Shown piece by piece: positions 24,317 through 31,195 of a DNA stretch of 38,686 nucleotides. The stretch is taken from positions 1 through 38,686 of the forward strand of contig JAZQUA010000037.1 in NCBI GenBank assembly GCA_045631065.1, read 5' to 3'. Position 1 is the stretch's first letter, and each line of letters starts with the position of its first letter. Below the pieces are notes generated by a model. The model searched no databases, was not told where the DNA came from, and saw only the letters and a program-made list of their open reading frames with translations. The DNA comes from Candidatus Enterousia sp. (GTDB lineage: Bacteria; Pseudomonadota; Alphaproteobacteria; Rs-D84). Both the position numbers and the translations under genes were made by a program.

Positions 24317-24715
24317 TTATTTTTGTTTTTCATTTGCATAGTGTTGTGGAAACAACACTGCGCCCACAGTTCTGCGGACGAATTCATCTTTGCATTTTCC
24401 GCATTGCAAATTATCAAAGCAACTTTGTGTTTTTTCATAAGTTGATTTATTAAAAACATTAAGGTTGGGTTGACATCTTAGCTTGTCAATATGCGCCATA
24501 CCATTAAGTGTTAATTCACTATGTGCACTGGTGTGTCTTGGTATGTTTAAAATGCTTGTTTGCATATTAACATTAAAACATTGTGCAACACACGTTGCCA
24601 ATTTAATATCTGTATTTTTTAACAGGCTTAATAATTCAACCACGTCATTTGCAGACACTTCCAACTTTAAATTAGTTAAGTATGGAATAATTATTCTTAT
24701 TCTTGAATCTTTCAT
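24317..24715 (-). CDS. Uncharacterised Cys-rich 132-aa protein, paralogue of the previous ORF
   Basis: The ATG lies 3 nt after the gatC stop. C-terminus is SCFDNLQCGKCKDEFVRRTVGAVLFPQHYANEKQK. Confidence 0.6.
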   Translation of the reverse strand: MKDSRIRIIIPYLTNLKLEVSANDVVELLSLLKNTDIKLATCVAQCFNVNMQTSILNIPRHTSAHSELTLNGMAHIDKLRCQPNLNVFNKSTYEKTQSCFDNLQCGKCKDEFVRRTVGAVLFPQHYANEKQK

Positions 24716-24718
24716 TTC

Positions 24719-25021
24719 TTATTCCCCATCCATTACTTTTGGTACTGCAAAATAACCACGTGATGTGCCAGAATTATCAGGGGTGTTTGCCAAAACTAAA
24801 TCACGAATATTTCCATCCGTTACAACGTCTTCGCGTTTTGGTAATTTATGTTCCGATGGATTTAACATAGGTTTAACGCCAGTTGTGTCAATTTTTTGTA
24901 GTTTTTCCAACCATTCAACGACTGAATCAATATTCATTTCCGCCAGTTTTTCATCAGATATTTCAATTTTGATTAAATCTGCGAATTTTTGTAATTGTTG
25001 CTTGCTAAATGCCATTTTCAA
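24719..25021 (-). CDS. gatC: Asp/Glu-tRNA amidotransferase subunit C
   Basis: About 100 aa. LAEMNIDSVVEWLEKLQKIDTTGVKPM...REDVV is typical of GatC. The start may instead be the ATG at 25015. Confidence 0.9.
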   Translation of the reverse strand: MKMAFSKQQLQKFADLIKIEISDEKLAEMNIDSVVEWLEKLQKIDTTGVKPMLNPSEHKLPKREDVVTDGNIRDLVLANTPDNSGTSRGYFAVPKVMDGE

Positions 25022-25052
25022 TCCTATATTTGTAAAGTAAAGGAATTATACA

Positions 25053-25502
25053 ATGATTTTGGCAGATTTCAAGGCTTTTCCGCGCACAGGACGTTTTTTA
25101 GGTGTTGACTGGGGGTTGACCAGAATAGGGGTTGCAGTATCTGACCCGTCTGGTGAATTTGTTTTTACTAGACCTGTGGTGGTTGTGGCACGTGGTGCAG
25201 CAAATCATGCAGATGTTGTTGCGCAAATTGCCAAGGAAGAAGGGGTTGTTGGTATTGTTGTTGGACTGCCTGTTCGAAATGATGGGACGGAATCTGATAC
25301 AACAAAAATGGTGCGTGATTTTGTAAGTAACTTGGTAACTAAAACAGATTTGCCGATTTGTATGATAGAAGAAAATTTAACGTCTGTTGTTGCCCAGGAA
25401 TCTATGGGGCGGGTCAGGGTGCATGACATTAAACAAAAGTTAGATTCTGAATCAGCACGTGTGATTTTGGAAAATGCAATTGCAATAATAAAACGGGCGT
25501 AG
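25053..25502 (+). CDS. ruvX: YqgF/RuvX putative pre-16S rRNA nuclease (Holliday junction resolvase-like)
   Basis: GVDWGLTRIGVAVSD and GIVVGLP motifs. Length is 149 aa. Confidence 0.9.
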   Translation: MILADFKAFPRTGRFLGVDWGLTRIGVAVSDPSGEFVFTRPVVVVARGAANHADVVAQIAKEEGVVGIVVGLPVRNDGTESDTTKMVRDFVSNLVTKTDLPICMIEENLTSVVAQESMGRVRVHDIKQKLDSESARVILENAIAIIKRA

Positions 25503-25515
25503 TGCCCGTTTTTTA
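25490..25515. terminator. Bidirectional terminator shared by the convergent ruvX and the AI-2E permease gene
   Basis: ACGGGC-GTAGT-GCCCGT flanked by an A-run and a T-run. It overlaps both stop codons. Confidence 0.7.
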
Positions 25516-26556
25516 ATCTTCGTTTTTATCTGGTATATTACCGTCTGCGGATAATAATACTGCGACCCATCTGGTTGAATCGAATTGTGCACATATAATA
25601 TAAATTGCAACCAATAATGGAACACTGAAAAACATTCCTGCAATACCCCATATTATTCCCCAAAATACCAAATTTATTAATATTGCCAAGGTTGATATAT
25701 TTAATGTTTTTCCAGTTAATTTTGGTTCAAGTAAGTTTCCAAAGAGAATTTGTAGTGTTATCAGACCGACTGCTGTTAATATCGGTTGTTGCAAGTTTGG
25801 TGCCATCGCCAGTGAATATAGTATCGGCAACGCACAAGCAATAATCGCGCCAATGGTTGGTATATAGCTGGTTACGAATACAATAAATGCCCATACACCT
25901 GCAAATTCAACGTCAATCAATTGTAACCATACAAATGATAAAAGACCTGTGATTGCAGATATTGTTGTTTTTACGAATAGATATTTTTTCATATTTGAAT
26001 CAATGCTATCTAAAATATAACGTGATTTCTTATACTGGCGTTTATTGTTAAACAGTGCTGAAAATTTTTGATTAAATGTGCTTTGTTCTATAAACATGAA
26101 AATCATATATACAAATACCATTCCCATAGATGTTGCCGCAGAAGCAACAGAAGCGCCAATGTTTGCAGCAATTTTAGTGATGTTTGGTATCATGCTGGCA
26201 TCAAATTTTATGCCAACCACACCTGATAAATATGCGCCAAATTGTGTTAGTTTGTCTTGTAACATCGGTAACATAGATGCCAGTTCTGAAAACATAGGCT
26301 TAATTTGTGTTATAAACAAATAAATAACAAAGCATATTGTTGCAAGGCTGGCAATATTTGCAATCCAATTAAATATATGCCAGTACGCTTTTTCTGGTTT
26401 TGTTTCTGGATTTTTTACAGGCAGGACTTTGCGGTAATAGTCAGATATTGCATTCATTAAATACCATAAAAATGCTGCAATTAGTAATGGTATTAATATT
26501 GAACGCCCCAGCCATAAAAATAAAATAAGACCTGCAAATACAATAATTCCGTTCAT
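25513..26556 (-). CDS. AI-2E family transporter (PerM/YhhT-like permease)
   Basis: 347 aa with a multi-TM profile and the family-typical C-terminal half (GAIIACALPILY...LLEPKLTGK...GIIWGIAGMFFSVPL). Confidence 0.85.
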   Translation of the reverse strand: MNGIIVFAGLILFLWLGRSILIPLLIAAFLWYLMNAISDYYRKVLPVKNPETKPEKAYWHIFNWIANIASLATICFVIYLFITQIKPMFSELASMLPMLQDKLTQFGAYLSGVVGIKFDASMIPNITKIAANIGASVASAATSMGMVFVYMIFMFIEQSTFNQKFSALFNNKRQYKKSRYILDSIDSNMKKYLFVKTTISAITGLLSFVWLQLIDVEFAGVWAFIVFVTSYIPTIGAIIACALPILYSLAMAPNLQQPILTAVGLITLQILFGNLLEPKLTGKTLNISTLAILINLVFWGIIWGIAGMFFSVPLLVAIYIICAQFDSTRWVAVLLSADGNIPDKNED

Positions 26557-26558
26557 TT

Positions 26559-27476
26559 TTATTGTCCTTGGGTTGTGATTGATTGTGTGTCTGATATGCT
26601 GATTTCAACGCTTTGTTTTGGTGCGGTTGCATATACAACACTGAATACAATAATCATGATTATGTTGATAATTACAGCGGTGGTTGCATATCTTTTGTGC
26701 ATAACTTTTTCAAATTTTTTTGAACCGATTTGCATTGACCATATGCCAAAAATTAATGCAAGTGTGAATGTTAATAATGTTGGTGCCAGCCCTATAAAGA
26801 AGCTAGATACAATGGTTATAAATACAAACATAGAAATGGTATTTATGTTGCTTGATAATGTCCAATTAATTAATTTAGAGTACCATTTTGATTTGATTGG
26901 TTGTGATGGTTTTTTTTCAGGTTTTGTGTCCAGTAAATATCCAGGTGTCCACAGCATTCCAAAACCAAATGGAAAACTGCAAATGATTTTCCAGTTTGGT
27001 ATATTGAACTGTTGTATACGGCGGATTTTAACATAAAAATTGATAACAGCTGTTCCAAACAAGAAGGAAAAATATAGCGCAATCAGTATTATAATAAATA
27101 GCAAAGATCCAGAATGTGCACCATCAATCATCATCAGTTTGAAAAATAATTCTTGTTGATGTGATATTAATAAGTATGTAGATATAGAAAACATCAGAAA
27201 CAGTAAAATTATTTGTGCATTATGTATTGCGATAAAAGATGGTTTATCCATTTTTATTTTTGGTAATTTACGAATCGTTAAATATACGCTGATACCAAAT
27301 GCGATTGATAATAATATAAACAATGGGGTTTGTGGTATTGCAGATTGGACCGGTAAAAATAATTTTAATACCAAAGAATATCCAAGAATCATCAAGGTCG
27401 TAATCGAGAATAACAGTATTGCGAATTTAAATGGTGCATTAAATAACCATGTAAATAATGTTGGTGTTTTTTTCAT
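26559..27476 (-). CDS. Hypothetical polytopic membrane protein (305 aa)
   Basis: GGGGGAAAA Shine-Dalgarno sequence. At least 7 hydrophobic segments and no recognisable motif. The stop lies 2 nt before the AI-2E ATG. Confidence 0.6.
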   Translation of the reverse strand: MKKTPTLFTWLFNAPFKFAILLFSITTLMILGYSLVLKLFLPVQSAIPQTPLFILLSIAFGISVYLTIRKLPKIKMDKPSFIAIHNAQIILLFLMFSISTYLLISHQQELFFKLMMIDGAHSGSLLFIIILIALYFSFLFGTAVINFYVKIRRIQQFNIPNWKIICSFPFGFGMLWTPGYLLDTKPEKKPSQPIKSKWYSKLINWTLSSNINTISMFVFITIVSSFFIGLAPTLLTFTLALIFGIWSMQIGSKKFEKVMHKRYATTAVIINIIMIIVFSVVYATAPKQSVEISISDTQSITTQGQ

Positions 27477-27499
27477 TGATTTTCCCCCTTTGTATTCTG

Positions 27500-28177
27500 T
27501 TATTGTATCACAATCTGACCATCAGATAAAGTGATAGTGTCTGTTGGTGAAATCATGTCTGTAAAAGACTGTTGATGACTGATAAATAAAAATGTTGTGT
27601 CTGGCATTGATTTAATTGTATCTGCAATTAATTGCTGTGTTTTTGCGTCTGCGCCAGAATCCGGTTCGTCAAGAATCGCAAGTTTTGGTTGCGTCATTAT
27701 CAGTTGAAGTAACATTATCTTTTTGCGTTCGCCACCAGAAAAACCAACGTTTACACTGCGATTCAACCATTGTTGTGGTATGTTTAATTTTGTGCGTGCA
27801 GATTCTAGCTTTTCAAGAAATTCACCCATTGATAAATCATGACCTGATTGGAAATGTGTATGTGCAATGCATGAGTGTTTAAGAAAGCTTAGTACACTTA
27901 AACCTGGAATTTCTGGAACGTGTTGGGAACCTAAAAATATACCCATTAATGCACGTGTTGTTGTGTTTTCGTTTGTGATGTCAGAACCATTAAATATTAT
28001 GGCGCCTGATTTTATTGTGTACGTTGGATTTCCTGCGATTGTGTTTGCAAGTGTTGATTTGCCAGAACCGTTATGACCAGATAACAAAACGCGTGCACCG
28101 GTATTTATTTTTACTGATATGTTGTGCAATAATTCGCGATTCGATAATGTTACAGTTAAATCATTTATTTCCAGCAT
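27500..28177 (-). CDS. sufC: Fe-S cluster assembly ATPase SufC
   Basis: Walker A GHNGSGKST, ABC signature FSGGERKK, Walker B AILDEPDSGAD. The gene follows sufB with a 3-nt gap. Confidence 0.9.
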   Translation of the reverse strand: MLEINDLTVTLSNRELLHNISVKINTGARVLLSGHNGSGKSTLANTIAGNPTYTIKSGAIIFNGSDITNENTTTRALMGIFLGSQHVPEIPGLSVLSFLKHSCIAHTHFQSGHDLSMGEFLEKLESARTKLNIPQQWLNRSVNVGFSGGERKKIMLLQLIMTQPKLAILDEPDSGADAKTQQLIADTIKSMPDTTFLFISHQQSFTDMISPTDTITLSDGQIVIQ

Positions 28178-28180
28178 ATT

Positions 28181-29509
28181 TTAATCCTTTGATAATGCTA
28201 ATTGTATTAATTGTTTTGATTCGACCAAAAATTCCATTGGCAGTCTTGATAATACAGGTGTTGCAGTTGCGCCAATGATAAGTGCGATTGCTGTATCTGT
28301 TTCAATTCCTGCCATGTTTAAATAATTTAATGTTGCGGCATCAATTGTGCCGGTTGATGCTTCGTGTGATTGCTTATTGTTTGTACCGTTGTGAATAATA
28401 CGGGGCAGGGTGTTTGCAACTGCTGTGCTGTCCAGCAGTCTGCTGTCGCATTTTGATGCGTTTGTGCAATCGTTGCCAGAAAAAGATACCAGGCTTCGGA
28501 ATGTTTGTTGTGATATGTCAGATGCAACACCATATGAAACAATGTTTGATGTGCTGTTGTTGCCAACGTGAATCATTTTTGTGCCGGTATCTGCCATTTG
28601 TGCGCCCCGCGTAATGGATAAAGAATAAAAGTCGCTAAAAGAATTATCGCCCATCAATATTGTTGATGGATATTTCCATGTCAGGGCAGATCCAACTTCG
28701 ACCTGGGTCCAGAGTAGTTTTGCGTGTTCATCACAACGGCCACGTTTTGTGACGAAATTTAAAATTCCGCCAGTATTTTTTTTACCATCAAAAGTGCCTG
28801 TAAACCAGTTTTGTACAGTTGCATATTTTACAGTCGCATTGTCGTGTACAATGATTTCAACAACGCCACTGTGCAGTTGATGATTTGTTCTGCGTGGTGC
28901 GCTGCAACCTTCCATGTACGATAATTCAGAACCAGTATCTGCGATAATTAATGTGCGTTCAAATTGTCCAATTTTTGCTGTTTCAATGCGAAAAAAACTG
29001 GCCAAATCAATTGGGCATTTTGTGTTCGGAGGAATATAAACAAATGTGCCATCTGAAAAAACAGCCGCATTTAGTGCTGCAAAGAAATTGTCTGTTTTTG
29101 GTACAACGCTGCCAAGGTATTTTTTTACCAGTTCCGGGTGTTGTTTAACGGCATCTGAAAAAGGCAAAAATATTATGCCGTGTTTTTCAAGTTCTGCTGT
29201 GTATGATGTGTGGACTGAACGGCTGTCAATAACTGTGTCTGTTGCCATACCAAGCAGGGCTTTTTTTTCACTGTCTGGCAACCCCATTTTGTCATAAATT
29301 TTGGATAGGTCAGAATTGTCGATAGGTTTTGGTTCGTTGTAGTAATTCAACGAATCATAGTTTATGGGTGCATAGTCTATTTCTGCCCAGTGTGGTTCGG
29401 ACATTTTTTTCCAAGCATTGTATGCATCTAATCGCCATTGCAGTAACCATTCTGGCTCTTCTCGATTTGCTGAAATTTTACGGATAAGATTTTCTGACAG
29501 TTTCACCAT
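28181..29509 (-). CDS. sufB: Fe-S cluster assembly scaffold SufB
   Basis: EPEWLLQWRLDAY, YMEGCSAPRR..QLHSGVVEI...VQNWF, KCDS, and C-terminal LPMEFLVESKQLI. The ATG at 29509 lies 4 nt after the upstream stop. An alternative start at 29551 would overlap the upstream ORF. Confidence 0.9.
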   Translation of the reverse strand: MVKLSENLIRKISANREEPEWLLQWRLDAYNAWKKMSEPHWAEIDYAPINYDSLNYYNEPKPIDNSDLSKIYDKMGLPDSEKKALLGMATDTVIDSRSVHTSYTAELEKHGIIFLPFSDAVKQHPELVKKYLGSVVPKTDNFFAALNAAVFSDGTFVYIPPNTKCPIDLASFFRIETAKIGQFERTLIIADTGSELSYMEGCSAPRRTNHQLHSGVVEIIVHDNATVKYATVQNWFTGTFDGKKNTGGILNFVTKRGRCDEHAKLLWTQVEVGSALTWKYPSTILMGDNSFSDFYSLSITRGAQMADTGTKMIHVGNNSTSNIVSYGVASDISQQTFRSLVSFSGNDCTNASKCDSRLLDSTAVANTLPRIIHNGTNNKQSHEASTGTIDAATLNYLNMAGIETDTAIALIIGATATPVLSRLPMEFLVESKQLIQLALSKD

Positions 29510-29513
29510 ACGA

Positions 29514-30056
29514 TTAATTGTTTTGTGTTGCCAACTGTTTTGCCTGGGCAAAGAATGTTAATGATTGACCCAGCAGGCCGTCTGTAAATGTTGCAGATAA
29601 TAAGCCATCTGGTTCTGTCGTTGTCAGGTGGTGTAAAAATGTGTCTGCACGATGCATATAGTTGTCGATGTTGCGTGCAACTTCGGAGTCCAGTTTTATG
29701 CAACGACGTAATTTTTCTAGTGTGAATGGATTCTTGGCATATTCGTCCATAATGCCCCCCAATGCACGCCACAGTGGGTGTTCAGGTGTGTTGCGTGGCA
29801 TGATATCGATTGCTGCCATGACAGGAATCAGACTTTGTAGTAAATCCTGATAAATCATTTCTGCGTTTTCTGTAACAGCATTTGTCGCAGATTTTGTTTT
29901 TAAAACAGATTGGATTTTTGAAATCAGGTTATACTGGTGTTCCAGTGTTTTTGTAATTCCCGCTATTTTTGTATTCATTGTGTGTGCGTACACTGCGATC
30001 CCAATTATTAATGCTAAAATTAATCCAAGCGCAATAAAAGTTATGATGTTTTGCAT
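29514..30056 (-). CDS. Hypothetical 180-aa protein with an N-terminal TM helix; first gene of the sufBC transcription unit
   Basis: AGGGG Shine-Dalgarno sequence. TM helix IITFIALGLILALIIGIAVYA, with a helical remainder and no recognised motif. Confidence 0.55.
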   Translation of the reverse strand: MQNIITFIALGLILALIIGIAVYAHTMNTKIAGITKTLEHQYNLISKIQSVLKTKSATNAVTENAEMIYQDLLQSLIPVMAAIDIMPRNTPEHPLWRALGGIMDEYAKNPFTLEKLRRCIKLDSEVARNIDNYMHRADTFLHHLTTTEPDGLLSATFTDGLLGQSLTFFAQAKQLATQNN

Positions 30057-30091
30057 GTTTTATACCCCTAAAAAGTTAAAATTTCCAGAAT

Positions 30092-30100
30092 AGTATAACA
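30092..30100 (-). promoter_or_regulatory. Candidate extended -10 (TGTTATACT on the minus strand) for the ORF180-sufBC operon
   Basis: Plus strand AGTATAACA at 30092-30100. The -35 is weak. It lies about 35 nt upstream of the ATG at 30056. Confidence 0.3.
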
Positions 30101-30124
30101 TCTTTTTGCGATTCGTGCGATTTT

Positions 30125-30136
30125 ATATTCGAATAT
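30125..30136. promoter_or_regulatory. Perfect 12-bp palindrome ATATTCGAATAT in the divergent control region (candidate operator)
   Basis: Read directly from the sequence. It is preceded by the direct repeat GCGATT-CGT-GCGATT (30108-30122). Confidence 0.3.
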
Positions 30137-30159
30137 TTGTTTTTAGCCGTTTTTAGGTC

Positions 30160-30188
30160 TTGCACAGATTCGGTCAAATTGTTATAAT
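30160..30188 (+). promoter_or_regulatory. Sigma70-type promoter for the TcpQ-like/secretin pair
   Basis: TTGCAC (30160-30165), 17-nt spacer, TATAAT (30183-30188), about 44 nt upstream of the ATG at 30232. Confidence 0.5.
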
Positions 30189-30231
30189 AATAAACAATTA
30201 AAGGAATATTATAGGGAAAGGAAGTCTTAGT

Positions 30232-31161
30232 ATGTTTCGTAAAGTTTTGATTTTTGCAATGTTTGCAACTGCAGCAGGCTATTGCTTTGCTGCGGAAACT
30301 CTGCCTCAGGTTGTTACATCAGAAGTTTTTTATGAACAAGAAAAAGTTGTTGATGAAGGACAATGGCAACAGGTTGATACAACAACTTATGATGTCGTAG
30401 AAACGTATGAAACGTACAGGGAAATTCCTGCATGGCCGTTGGTGGGGTCTGATGCTGATGTCGAAGTTTCTTGTACAGGTGGTGTTGCGTCAAAGAAAAA
30501 GCAAAGTGATAATATTCGTATCGTATCCAAAATAGGCACAGATTTGGTGGTTGAAAATAATTTTAATTTGGGTGTTCGTGGCAATGAATGGTCTGGTGGT
30601 GCAAATATGTTGCATGGTACACAAATTCCAGTTGGATTTGCAGACGAATGTAATGATGAATCCGAAATGCCATTGTTGCATCGCGAAGTTTTGGAAGATG
30701 ATGGTGGTAATGTTTTGACTGTATCTCGCAGTGGACGCAAGAATTGTGGTAAATATGCAGATACTTATGATGCTTTTGCTGCAAAAATGGGAATGAAGGT
30801 TGAAAATGTAACCGAAGATACAACTGTTATAGAAGAAGAAACAGAAATAGAAGTTGCAGAAGTTGCAGAGTCTGCGGATGCCGAGGCGCCTGTTGTTATG
30901 ACAGATCAGGTTCGTTCGTGGGTTGTTGCAAATGGCCAGACATTACGTGAAGTTTTACAGAATTGGTGCAACAAAGAAGGCTGGGATTTGGTTTGGGCAA
31001 CATCTCGTGAATATCCAATAGAAGCAAGTGCTGTATTCAAAGGTCGTTTTGTTGATGTTGCATCTGCGTTGGTTCGTAACTTTGGACGTGCGACACCAAT
31101 TCCATATGCCAAGTTTTATAAAGGAAATCGTGTTTTGCTGATTACAACATCAGAAGAATAA
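30232..31161 (+). CDS. Secreted protein with a C-terminal TcpQ/PilL-like domain (candidate secretin partner)
   Basis: GGAAAGGAAG Shine-Dalgarno sequence and a signal peptide (AAGYCFA-AE). An acidic linker follows. The C-terminus WVVANGQTLREVLQNWCNKEGWDLVWATSREYPIEASAVFKGRFVDVASALVRNF...NRVLLITT matches my recollection of the TcpQ-type domain. Confidence 0.55.
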   Translation: MFRKVLIFAMFATAAGYCFAAETLPQVVTSEVFYEQEKVVDEGQWQQVDTTTYDVVETYETYREIPAWPLVGSDADVEVSCTGGVASKKKQSDNIRIVSKIGTDLVVENNFNLGVRGNEWSGGANMLHGTQIPVGFADECNDESEMPLLHREVLEDDGGNVLTVSRSGRKNCGKYADTYDAFAAKMGMKVENVTEDTTVIEEETEIEVAEVAESADAEAPVVMTDQVRSWVVANGQTLREVLQNWCNKEGWDLVWATSREYPIEASAVFKGRFVDVASALVRNFGRATPIPYAKFYKGNRVLLITTSEE

Positions 31162-31195
31162 TCATAAGTATCGTATGACGTAGGAGAATATAAAT

